Positions 26,060 to 38,400 of a stretch of 64,000 nt of DNA are shown here, piece after piece (within the stretch, counting starts at the first letter, position 1; each line of letters opens with the position of its first letter). The notes beneath the pieces are model-generated. The model worked only from the letters and a program-made list of their open reading frames with translations. It did not search any database and was not told the origin of the DNA. The position numbers and the translations under genes were made by a program. This DNA comes from Octopus bimaculoides (taxonomy: Eukaryota), in NCBI RefSeq assembly GCF_001194135.2, contig NC_068984.1, positions 141,460,395 to 141,524,394 of the forward strand, read 5' to 3'.

Positions 26060-27338
26060 ATATGTAGATTTGTTTTCTTCGTCTCATTAACATATTTAAA
26101 CATAATTCAATGTCTCTTGTATATTTGTATTGAATAATAAAAGAAAATTCGAAATAATAATTATAATGAACGAATGTAGAGATAGAACACCTGCAGAAAT
26201 CATCATTGCTTAGAACTCCAAGAGTCCTCCACAGGGTTCTTGAAGTGTGATCAATAAACAAGTGTCACCCTTAGTCTGCTTGTTATGGGCAGCTGATATT
26301 TTTCATCATACCCAGCAAAATAAAGCTGAAACTTTTCATGATGTAATAATAATGATGGTGATATTATTATTTTAATTAGTATTATTATTATTATTATTAT
26401 TATTATTGTGTTGGTGGAAACCTTAGAAAAATGCCTCATGGTATTTGTCCCCAATCTTTCAAATCCTTCAAGGTTGATAAAAGACCAATCAAGGGTTGGT
26501 ATAATTGATCGTTTCCACCTCTACATTCTTGGCATTTTGTTTATGTTTAAGATACTTAGAGGACCAGAAAAAAAAAAAAAAAACCTTGCAGTACGTCTTC
26601 CAGGCTTTTGTATGTTGCATGTTCAAATCCCACTGAGGTCTACTTTGCTTTCCATTCCTCCAGGGGCAACAAAATAATGTATTGTTCAAATACTGGGGTT
26701 GATTTATTCAACTAACACCTCCCATCTCAATTTCAGGCCTTTTATACCTATATTAGAAATAATTGTTCAAAGGGCTGGCAGAGCTGAAAAGAGAAACACA
26801 CACACACACAGAACATGACTGTCACATGAGTGTAATTCATAAATGGTGACCAATCAGTTTGTACATTAATGGAGAGCATTCTGAGCTACATTCCTACTTT
26901 AAAAACAAACTATTTTTATAACAACAGTAAGAATAGACATAATTTGCAACACAGCGCCATACACTATACACTTTTGAAATTCTAATGTGGAACCTGTCAA
27001 ATGCATTCCTATATTTTAGAATATAATTAAATTCTATTTAATTCTGATATATTCTCTGTGCATTTTCAACTTCATTTCTTTCGTGTGTGTGTGTGTGTGT
27101 GTCTGCACACATACATGCATATACATATTTTGTTTTGTATATTTACCATCTAAAATTTTTGTTGATACCTTAATAGCGGGACTGTTCCCTATTAAATTAA
27201 TTATTTGATTTTTGTTCTTAATTCTTGGTTCTTTAATGTCGTTTGATTTTCTCTCTCCAACACTGTTGCACTGAGTGCAGCACTTGTTGCATGATGCTGC
27301 AGATAAGTATTAATATCTAACTTGCTTCTGTTTTACAG

Positions 27339-27460
27339 TATTGTCAGCGAATGCGCTGAAATTACTTGAGGACTTGAAAGACAGTGATCCAAACTTTACA
27401 ATTCGAAGGCACCATGATCAGGCTCGAGGAGAAATTCAACAAGTTGAAAGTTTACGGAAT
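27339..27460 (+). CDS. LRCH: Exon leading into the CH domain: LSANALKLLEDLKDSDPNFTIRRHHDQARGEIQQVESLRN, phase 1-0
   Basis: ctaac branch point plus ttttacag acceptor, donor AAT|gtaagt. DPNFTIRR matches the DPxFTIRR motif that precedes the LRCH CH domain (recall). Confidence 0.9.
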
Positions 27461-28092
27461 GTAAGTTGTGAAACTAATTATAAAATAGGTCCTTCCCCTA
27501 CTTCTGTAGCAGTCCTTCCCAAACTCATTTGTAAACCATTATTGTTTGGTTATGATTTCATTCCATAAGAAATTCTATTGCCAGGTTTTCCAGATATTTG
27601 GCTGAAGACTTTTGTCTTATTCTCATCTGAAAATCCATTTATTATTAAGATTATTTCATTGTGGTCTGTGAACCTCATCTTCGAAGCCTGTCATGACCAG
27701 TAAAAGAGTGCCCTGTTCCTGAATATCTACATGCTTCTTGACTAGATTTAGACTAAATATATGCAATGACTTGTTAATGAGTTGCCATAAAGATTTCCAA
27801 ACTCATTAATTGTCTATATTTGCAATATTAAGTCTTCATTACAAGGTAATGAGCTGGCAGAATCGTTAACACACTGGGCAAGATGCCTAGCAACAGTTTG
27901 TCCATTTTTACATTCTGAGTTCAAATTCCGTTGAGGCTGACTTTGCTTTTCATCCTCTCGGGGTCAATAAAATAAGTACCAGTTGAACACTGGGGTTGAT
28001 GTAATTGACTTACCTTTCTCCCTTGAAATTGCTGGCCTTGTGCCAAAGTTTGAAACCAATATTATAACTTTCCACTATTATCCTCATTGTTG

Positions 28093-28129
<37 letters not shown>

Positions 28130-28373
28130 TTAGGGACAAAATCCAAAATTACAGGTAAAAACTCAATTAAAATCAATTTATAAAAAATTAAAATTAAATT
28201 GAGCTTTATAGATAAAATATATATAAAATATATAGTTTTAGGGAAAATAACCAAGTTTCAAGAACTCATCGATGAAAATCCACTATCACATATAGAAAAA
28301 TTAATAATTAAAAGCACAATAAATGAGTATAATATAAAGTAAAGTAAATATCATAAGATAAATATAATAAAAA

Positions 28374-28487
28374 GATTACACGTGTTTCATAACTAATTTT
28401 CAAATAGAAAAGAAATTTAAATCGATTAAAATCAATTGAAATTATCGAAAATAAGTTCTATTCAAAAATATAGCTACTCGTCAGATC
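28374..28487 (-). ncRNA. Hammerhead ribozyme with palindromic stem III loop and elongated stem II
   Basis: Minus strand: gat-CTGACGA-gtagcta(75 nt)tagttat-GAAAC-ACGT-GTA|atc. All core nucleotides are present; 7-bp stem II with G-U pairs; 3-bp stem I. Confidence 0.7.
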
Positions 28488-29022
28488 GTAAGTAGAACAA
28501 TAATTAGATATATATCTCAACCAACAATAAGTACCAAATGAATTAATATGAAATACTTATTATATAAAGATAGAAAAATTATTAAAAATATCATAATATC
28601 AAAATAATAACCATTCAATAATCATCCCTTCATCCATTATAATAACATGTATATTATATACAAAAAACATCTTACATAAATTATCATTGTTTTAAATTAT
28701 CATTGTTTCGGGGTCGATAAATTAAGTACCAGTTGCATACTGGGGTTGATCTAATTGACTGGCCCCCTCCCCCAAAATTTCACGCCCTGTGTCTAGAGTA
28801 GAAAAGAATATGTCTATGATACATTTCAATCAATTTGATCTCCAACTGTCTTCTAGGTGTGTTACTCTTAGGCCCTTGTTTGAACTTGGGACTAGGGCTA
28901 AACTGCTTCAACAACCCACATATACTACTATATTAACATTTCCTGAGACACACAGTCTATTTCTCAAAAGTATTCAATGATTATTTTTTCCATTTTCTCT
29001 TCTTTTTCTGTCATTTTTGTAG

Positions 29023-29160
29023 ACTATCCAAGCCCGATTAAAGGTGACGTTACCAGACAATTTACCTGAGGCATTAAGGGATGGAGTTGTACTTTGTCAC
29101 TTAGTCAATCAGATTCGTCCGAGAGCCGTAGCCACTATTCACGTACCTTCCCCAGCAGTA
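29023..29160 (+). CDS. LRCH: Calponin-homology domain exon TIQARLKVTLPDNLPEALRDGVVLCHLVNQIRPRAVATIHVPSPAV
   Basis: Canonical splice sites (tttttgtag / gtaagt). DGVVLCHLVN.IRPR.V..IHVPSPAV is the LRCH CH-domain signature. Confidence 0.95.
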
Positions 29161-29791
29161 GTAAGTATTCAACTGCGGAGTTTCTGCTGTTCCATCAGAG
29201 TTCATACCTGTGTCACTTTGTTTATATCAGTGTGCTTGGTACAGAGATGCTTGCACCCATCCTTAGCCCTCTGTATACAGGTACCATCTTCATGCTACCT
29301 TGACCCTGCATATCAAACTGACATTCAGAACCAAACCCCTCATATACATTCTGTACTGAGAATATGATACCCAAGGCTGCGTAACAAACGTACAACCACA
29401 CATCATAGTCAAAAGCTATCATCTTTATCTTCCCCATCATCTGTCACTGATAAATTGCAATTCAAACTTTGTTAGACCAAACATCAGTTGCACTAAAGGC
29501 GGTGCTCCAGCATGGCCACAGTCAAATAACTGAAACAAGTAAAAGAGTATTTGCTCACATGTTCATATGATTATCCACAAACACATTTTCCTAATCCCTT
29601 CTCTCTCACATGCATGCATATATTAATCCCTTCTCTATCACACACACACACAGACACACACACACACACACCTGTTAATCCCTTCTCTCTCAGACACATA
29701 CATATATCCACTTACTGCTTTTGTTTTATGTTGCTTAAAGAACTTCTCTCTCTTTGTCTTCAACACTAAATCCTGTTTTTTTTTTCTGCAG

Positions 29792-29869
29792 CCTCAACTC
29801 ACAATGGCAAAGTGTCGCAGGAATGTGGAGCATTTCTTAGAAGCTTGCCGGAAAATCGGTGTTGACCAG
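29792..29869 (+). CDS. LRCH: CH domain exon PQLTMAKCRRNVEHFLEACRKIGVDQ
   Basis: T-tract/ctgcag acceptor, CAG|gtagga donor. MAKCRRNVE.FLEACRK.GV is the LRCH signature. Confidence 0.95.
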
Positions 29870-30316
29870 GTAGGAGCATTTTGTCTTTTGTTCTGCCTCA
29901 CTTGTCTGATAAATCCACACCAGTATTTAGAACATAGTTAAGTTTTACATGTGAGTGTTGCATGTCATGGCTGTGATCCCCTATCCCCATATGTGCATAG
30001 TTAAGTTTGATTTGGGTGAAAACCTTGTAGAATGCCGAGCAAAGCTCATCCGCAGTTATTTGCTACCTGATGTCATCATACAGTAGAAGTGCACATGCTC
30101 TCTGGATTTAAATCAGGAATTCCATAGTATCCATTGAGGGATGTAACATAATGACTGTACAACATTTCACACCTGAACTACAGGTGCAAGAATTCTCCAA
30201 AACAATTGTAGTGATTTTAAGTAAAGAATGTCATTAATTCCATTTTCGGTTGCATGTGTGTCTGTGGGTGTATATATATNNNNNNNNNNNNNNNNNNNNN
30301 NNNNNNNNNNNNNNNN

Positions 30317-30357
<41 letters not shown>

Positions 30358-32581
30358 GTAAATTGAAACTGCTCTTCTTTCACATGTTATATGGAAGCCA
30401 TGACTTGGTTTAAGTTAGATCTTTTTTTCCTTCAGGATTTTTCTTATTTCCTTGTTGGTTTTTTGTGGTGATTAGTTTGGTCCAGTGGTATTCCTAAATC
30501 CATTAACAATTTGAAAGCTGACAGTTAGACTCATCGTCAGAATACAGGAACGCTTATAATGATGTAGTTTGTGCTGTTCTTTTAGACTGCCATGGCTCAG
30601 TTGTTGTTGGTAATTTGGTCAGTTGTAAAAATCTTTCCATGATCCTTTGTAACCCTCTGCAAACTATTTGAGTGTAAAGTCCCAGAAATATTAATGGTCC
30701 AATGTATTTACAAATGTTTTTGATGTAAAGTCAGAAAATAAGGAAACGGTGGAAAAAAAATCTTTAATAAAAGTCCTGTTTTATATATGTATGTATGGAT
30801 GGTTGGATGGATGGATAGCAACTAAAGAGCTAGGAACAGCTGCCTTAGAATCTGATACAGGAAGCACTGGGCAGATCTGGTGTTTATACACCTTTTACAA
30901 TGAGAGAGGTTTTTAGGGCAGGTCTGCTTACAATCTAATGAAACAACTCTCAGTCNNNNNNNNNNNNNNNNNNNNNNNNNNNNNNNNNNNNNNNNNNNNN
31001 NNNNNNNNTTACAAATGTTTTTGATGTAAAGTCAGAAAATAAGGAAACGGTGGAAAAAAAATCTTTAATAAAAGTCCTGTTTTATATATGTATGTATGGA
31101 TGGTTGGATGGATGGATAGCAACTAAAGAGCTAGGAACAGCTGCCTTAGAATCTGATACAGGAAGCACTGGGCAGATCTGGTGTTTATACACCTTTTACA
31201 ATGAGAGAGGTTTTTAGGGCAGGTCTGCTTACAATCTAATGAAACAACTCTCAGTCTTTGGAAGGAATTGAACCAAAGTCTTAAAGGCAACATCAAAGAC
31301 AGCAGAGAGATGTTGTGGGCTGATTTAGTTGAGGAGAAACAAAAAGAACTTTCATACCATTTGAAAGCAAGATTTTTGTTCTAAGGCCAAGAAAAGTAAC
31401 TCTGAGAGAGTCTTTGTGATAGCATTGATGTTTCACTGCTGCCATGACAACCAGCATTATTTCATCTTTACGTTTGGAAGCTGAGTCAACAAAGAGGAGT
31501 TCTATCTAGATAAAATCTCTAAGCAGTTTAAATGCACAAATCTCCAGTATCCAAATGGCTAAAAAGAGTCAGTAGAAGGGCACCCAGGAATCTTGACCTG
31601 GATGTGGCCCAGCCCCCTTAGAGTGTAAGAAGTTAAGGGCCAAAACACTTGCCTGAGGTGGTTGGATTCTTCTCTGAAGATCTTCAGCTGTTCATTCCTC
31701 TTGAGTTTCTTACCAATAAACGATTGATTACTTAGAATTCAGGTGGAAGGCATAAATATTGTAAAATAGGGATCAGTTGTTGTCCACCAGGTCTAACTGT
31801 CCCCTCCTTTACTTCCAGATTTAAACAGGGTTGAATTGGGTGTGTGCTGTGGCAGTGTAGACAGGGTATGCAGGTGTATGGTGGAGGGGATGTTGTGGAT
31901 TTTACCAAGAAATATGTGGTGGTGGTGGTGTTGGGGCTTGTAATAATATAGTGTTGATGGCATATATAGTTGTATGGTTGTGGTGCTGAGGTGTGTTGCT
32001 GGACTGTGTCCCTGCGTGGTAGTGTAAATACCAAGTTTATTTGTAAAAGGTATTGAGGACAAAAGTATTATATTTTATTAAAGGCAAACAAAGGTTAAAC
32101 TAAGATGAGTCCGGCATAAGTTCTGTTTATTTCCTTGGTCGATGGAGATTAGATTAGCTTCTTTTTATTGCTAGGATTAAGGAAATGAGAGAGATATTGC
32201 AATTTGGACTGGATGCTTGGTTGTGAATGGTCAGCCTGTGTCATCTAGTACTTTGTTTCTGATTGTCGGTTCAGCTGAAGGGAATAGCAATAAGGGGCCT
32301 GCCCGCATTCATTATGAAATTCAGTTGACATAGTTAATGTCATATAAATACAAAAGCATATTGCGTGTGTGTGTGGATGGAGGGGGAGGTCATTCAGTGA
32401 TGGCTATGTTCTCATATTTTACCACCAAAAAGGAACAGTTTCAAATTCTCTGATTAAACAATTGATTCTGTAAACAAACAGCATTTCTTTTTCTTTTTTT
32501 TTTTGTGGATGAAAATTTTATTTGCAATATTTTTGTTTTGCCTTATCTGCTGTGTATAGCATGAAGTTACGTGTGTATATC

Positions 32582-32628
<47 letters not shown>

Positions 32629-32630
32629 TT

Positions 32631-32853
32631 AAAAAAAGAATAAAAATGGTTTTTCTGATAATTTTTCCACTTTAATAAGCAGTTATTTATAAATCATTAG
32701 GTGTTTTACAAATCGTTTTCGTCTGGCGCCTTAACCCACTTGGCCATCTTGACCACTGTCAGAATGACCAATTTATAAACACCTAATAATTTATAAGCAT
32801 GTGATTATTGAAGTGGAAAAATTGTCAGAAAAGCCTTTTTCTATTCATTTTTT
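32631..32853. mobile_element. Fold-back element with ~80-bp imperfect arms enclosing a tRNA-Leu-like 5' half
   Basis: Arm cores match at 24/26 and 18/19 by eye. Minus strand 32753-32721 reads GTCAAGATGGCCAAGTGGGTTAAGGCGCCAGAC. Confidence 0.6.
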
Positions 32854-32921
32854 CAAATATATAAGGCTGTACGAAGGACTTTCAATTTCTTATTCTACTA
32901 CATATATATATCTATATATAT

Positions 32922-33211
32922 ATTAAAAATGGGGAAGGCCGGTTTATGGGGTTTCCCATCCATAAAGGGTTTAGCTTTAGGACGTATCATCAGATCTCAA
33001 AAGCCTGTTGGCCCACAACCCCTTAAAAATATGGAGGGTACATTCTTAGTGGAGTAGCCGAAACAGAGAGAGAAAGAGATTTCCCCCTCCATATTTTTAA
33101 GCGGTCACGGGCCTACAGGATTTCGGGATCTCACGATAGGCCATAAAGTTAAACCCCTTATGGACGGGAAACCTAAGGTAATCCCATAAACCAGCCTTCC
33201 CCATTTTAAAT
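32922..33211. mobile_element. Fold-back MITE with long (~115-125 bp) terminal inverted repeats
   Basis: attaaaaatggggaaggccggtttatgg...aaaatatggaggg pairs with ccctccatattttt...ccataaaccagccttccccattttaaat. Spacer about 45 nt; next to a TA run. Confidence 0.8.
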
Positions 33212-33286
33212 AAATACTGCTCTACATCTGAGAGTGTGCTTCTTTCGGATTTATGTTTTTTACAAACAATATATATATATATGTAT

Positions 33287-33317
<31 letters not shown>

Positions 33318-34360
33318 AAAAGATGATGATTTACGTTGATATAATCTTTATTACATTTCAGTAAAACTGTGTAAATGCAGTGTTTAAAGTCCACATTATC
33401 ATCTCAACTGCTGCATCTTGTTTCTAAGTCTTTCTGTATCTCTGCTGTTCTCAGCCTCTCCGTATCATAGCTAACATTATCTTCTCTCTCGGTATATTTT
33501 TTTCCTTCATAAATATTCCGACAGAAGCTTTTATTGTTTGTTTCTTTTACTTTCAGTTATTTGCGTATTTTTTTTGTTTGTTTCCGTTATCTTTGCTTGT
33601 CTCGTTCGATTTATAATTTATTTTTTATTGCCTTTCCTGTGATGTCACTGTTAAGTTATATTTTCTGTTCAATTTTCTTCTTTATTTTCACTAACAACCT
33701 ATTGCTGTCTAAAACTAATCAAGATTTTTAGCTACACTCAGAAGCTGGTTTTCCCTCCACTTGTGAGGTGTTGCTCCAGCTGACCTGTTGGGCTAACTTC
33801 TACTAAAACTACACATTTGATGCTCTTGGTCCCTCTTTGTTAAGGTTGCTGTATGTCTGCTGATGTTGTGGTATGGACACAAACAAGTCATTTCTTGGGC
33901 CTGATACTCTACTGCTTGATCTCACAAATCTCCTCCAGTTAACAGGATTGAATCTGTACAACATAATTATATTGGTGTGTGTGTGTCTGTCTGTGTGTGT
34001 GAGAGAGAGAGAGAAAGAAAGAAATAGAGCATTAGTTTTGTTCTACTGACATCACTGTTTAGACTGTTTCTCTCTTCTCAAAGAATGTCTTCATCCATTC
34101 CTTGGGATTTCTTGTCCGTTTTGTTTATCAACACATCTGTCTTTCTTAATTCTTTGTGTGGGTGAAAACAAGTACTTTTAATATTACCGTTTGTGTTCCT
34201 ACATGTGCATGTTTGTGTGTGTGTGTGCACGTGCACATGCGCATGCACACAAGTGTATATGACTAAGAGAGATAATTTTGCCAACTTCTCTCGTTATTTT
34301 TTGAGAAACTTCCTCAAGCCGGTTCTATTATTGTAATCAATCAATGTACAATCTTATTTC

Positions 34361-34588
34361 TTTATTGCCCACAAGGGGCTAAACATAGAGGGGACAAACA
34401 AGGACAGACAAAGGGGTTAAGTCGATTACATCGACCCCAGTGCGTAACTGGTACTTAATTTATCGACCCCGAAAGGATGAAAGGCAAAGTCGACCTCGGC
34501 GGAATTTGAACTCAGAACGTAACGGCAGACGAAATACCGCTAAGCATTTCGTCCGGCGTGCTAACGTTTCTGCCAGCGCGCCGCCTTA
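34361..34588 (-). mobile_element. Apparently intact copy of the Meta-like SINE on the minus strand
   Basis: Full-length, CpG-retaining reverse complement of the 48428-48660 copy, including the tail cccttgtgggcaataaagaaataa. Confidence 0.85.
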
Positions 34589-34929
34589 TGTACAATCAAT
34601 GTACAATCTTGTAGGTTTACTGTGTGATTCTTTGATCGCTGTTGTGGTTACTATGGTGATGGCCATGACTCAGAAAAATTCTGAATAAAATAGAAATACG
34701 TCTAATTATGTCTTCTGTTCATGATCATGATGATAATCATCATCAACATTTAACGTCTGTTTTCCATGCTGGCATGGGTTAGACAGGAGGTTCCATAGTC
34801 TGTTTAGGCTTGGCCTCTATGGCTGGATGCCCTTCCTAATGCCAACCACTCCAGACAGTGTACTAGGTGCTTTTTACATGGCACCAGCACCCACACCATT
34901 AGTTTAGGGTTTAGGACATCAATTCTGTT

Positions 34930-35421
34930 GTGTTGGGCAGGTTTTCTCGAGGACAGCAATGTGCCACATATCTCGGTCCTCTGTTATTTCCATTGTATGG
35001 TTCATTGTTTTGAGATCAGTTTTCAGTACTTCGACCCGTGTCTTCCTGGGGCTCCCTCTCCCACGACCCACCTCTACTTTCAACTGATCGCCACTTCTTT
35101 ATGTAACCATCTCATTCATCCGCATCACATGACCAAACCAGCGCAGTCTCCTCTCTCGTACACTACATCTGTTTCCTCTTATGCTCCACTTCTCTCTCGA
35201 TACACAATGCTCTGTTGCACATGCACACTGACATTACACATCCAGCAGAACATACTAGCTTCATTTCTTGCAAGCCTACACATGTCCTCCGCATTCAGAA
35301 CTCATGTCTCACTACCACGCAGCATTGTACTTCATACACATGCATCATACAATCTTCCCTTCACTTGGAAAGAGGGACCTTTAGTTGCTGAACAGAGATA
35401 AAAGCTCTTTGAACTTTCTCC
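34930..35421 (-). mobile_element. Decayed RTE-clade LINE, 3' end of reverse transcriptase ORF
   Basis: Minus strand translates to VKGRLYDACV*STMLRGSE..., RERRLRWFGHVMRM and ...AVLEKT, typical of the RTE ORF C-terminus; in-frame stops are present. Confidence 0.8.
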
Positions 35422-38400
35422 ATCCTACTCTTATTCAGGAAACAATTTTATATATATGTAACAGGTCGCGGTCTCAAAGCGACGAAAATATTTTGGCAAT
35501 TTAAATTTAAATGTTGGAGTGAATCCAACGGTTTTTGTGTGTTTCTTAAATGGCTTATAAACACCTTCCATGCTGTAGTTGTTTTTGTTCCAGCACACAA
35601 TCTCAGGTCAGGTCACTTGCTATGCAAGTACATCTCCGTAATATATATATATATATATATATATTGTGTGTGTATGTATATGTGTCTATATGTGTGTATT
35701 AGGAATCAATTTAAATAATTTTCTTCCTTGCATTTATTTTTTGATAACTTTATTATAACATTCTCTTCTGGAGATAGATTTGCCCTACCTTAGCAATTAT
35801 GGCTTACTTGTGAATATGGAATATTGTAACCCCTGATTGTTTGGTTTTAAAATATTCCCCAACATCTTCTAATAACTCTGAATCTTAATTAATCTCAAGC
35901 AATTAAATATTTTTGAAGTTTTGCTATATTTGTTCTGTACTTGCTTCAGTTTTATCCAATTGATTTTCTTTTTTCCCCTCCACATCAAGAAATTCTACTC
36001 TTCGTCCATTTGGATTTCATTAGAATTTTCCCTGTCCATCTCATTCAGCTCTTGTCACCGTCATCACACGACAAGAACCAAATGAGGTGGACATTCATTC
36101 AGTGACTAGGCATAGCTGACTTGTGCAGTTATGATAAACATTTGCTCTTGTATATGAGCCAGATCCAGCTCTTAGCTAAATCCATTGTGATGATTGTTCT
36201 GCCATGCTTCTTTAACCAGGCTAGGAAGGCAGTTTTTACTGTCTAAGTGATTGTGTGATGAAAGTGATTCAATGGTCTGGGGCCAGACTATTCTCATTAG
36301 TTGAGCTCTCATCACTACTTTTTCAAGTGAATCTGTTGAAAACTGGGTGTAAGCTGTGAAAACGGCACAAGTGGATCGGGACACTCTAAGTGTGGACATG
36401 TAAGATCAGAGAATGAGTTGTAGAGGTTACCTTAGTTTTCAGTGTGATGTTGGATCTGTCGTTCTTTGGGTCCTGGCTGGAGATCCTCCTGTATCTGGAG
36501 GACTGTATCCCCATTATCAGTTATATTACCTTGTATGCATAGATTTCATTTTTGTTAATGTTTTTCTCTGTAACCCATCCTTCTCACAATTAATGTCTGT
36601 CTTTGTAATTGTCCCCCATCCAAATATAAGAAATCGATTTTATTAAGAAACGGTTAATGTCTTATGTTTACCTCTAGAAATTTCTGACCCACTCCAAACT
36701 GGGCAACTTGCCCAGACCAATAATTCAGCTTTTGTGAGCTAAGAAATCTAAAAGGTAATCTACTATATCATCAGTGTCATCATTGTTTAACGTCTGCCTT
36801 CCATGCTAGCATGGGTTGGACGATTTGACTGAGGACTGGCAAACCAGATATATTTGTGAAAAGGGCAGACGTTGTCCCACAAGCAATTGTGAAGGCAAAA
36901 GAGTTAATAAATGTGGTTGGATTGACCTGAAAATGTGCACACCTATGTTAAAAGTGCTGGGGAGTTTGCTCAATTGAAAGGTTTGGTCTCTAGGGCAAAA
37001 TTCCTCATCTTTGCTACATCTTTCTAGAAAAAAGAGACTTCTTACAAATAATAATAATAATAATACTAATAATATTAGTAATAATAATTATTATTATTGT
37101 TATTATTAGAGTTCAAATTCTGCCAGGGTCAACTTTCATTCCTTTTGGGGTCAGTAAGATAAGTACCAGTTAAGCATTGGGGTCGAAGTACCCCCTCCCC
37201 TGAAACTGCTGGCCTTGTGCCAAAATTTGAAATCCATCATCATCATTATTATTACCACCACCACCATCATCATCATTATTATCATTACCCCCACCAGCAT
37301 CATTGTTGTCATCATCATCATCATCATCTTCCTTGTGTTGTGGGCTTTGGTTAGTTCCCCTTACTTTTGGATTCAGCTCTTGCTGGGTTTTCATTTGGGG
37401 TTCATAAAATATGTACCAGTAATCAACTCAGGATGATTTAATCAGTGATACTTTTGTTACCAGAATTACCAAAGTTGTTATTCATAATAATAATGATAAT
37501 AATAATTTCTTTATTTACTACAAGGGTTTACATTGAATAAAGATTTTGGAGTTGTTGCTTTGAGCCAGGTTTTAATTCAGTAAACCTATGGATGTAAAAT
37601 ATGTTAGCCATGAACATCATGTCATGTTTTTAGTCGCAGTCTAACAAGGACTACATTATCCAATGTGTTCTCTCTTCAAGATAGTAGAGTGTGAGTTGAG
37701 AGAAACTTGGCTGCTATCTTTAGCAGATTCAGTATCCTGGCAGTGGTTTCCTTGTTGGTTTGCTGTTGCTGTTGAACCAAGTGTTAAGCCTGTTGTCATT
37801 TTCAGACTTTAGAATTACTAATTAACTTCACTAATTACCAATAACGATCAAGATGAACTCCCCAAATTCCTATCTGTCTGTTCCTCTCCTGCATTAACCT
37901 CAAACTTCAGATATCTGTAAGAAGTTTTTCTTCTCAGTCAATTTGAACAGAGATTGCTAGTAAATCCACTCCAGGACTCTTCTCTTTTCTTCTTCACTTA
38001 ATTCAAGAAGTTAGCGGCACCAATTATCTTTAAGACTTTCTTTTATTTACTTTCAGCAATTAATATTGTTTTTGTTGTTGTTTTAACAAATATATTCCTT
38101 AATATTGGATTTATTGATCTATAAACTTTATTTAGGATCTCCCGCAACATCATCATCATCATCATCATCATTTAACATCCATTTTTCCATGCTGGCATGG
38201 GTTGGAGGGTTTGGTAGGACCTGGTCAGCCAGGGAGTCAGTCCAGATTCCAATTGCCTCCAGACTCCAGTAGTTCCCAAAGTGGGCCGTATTGCTCCCCC
38301 TGGGGGGGGGGGAAGTTCCAAGGGGGCGTTGAAGAAAAGTGGGGTGATAATGGTGGGGGGAGCGATTCATGTAAAACGTGGGGCAATAATGGGGTAGCGA

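Noticed and set aside
30708-31256. Exact ~248-bp tandem duplication across the 30956-31008 gap
   Set aside because: Perfect identity on both sides of Ns indicates an assembly artefact.
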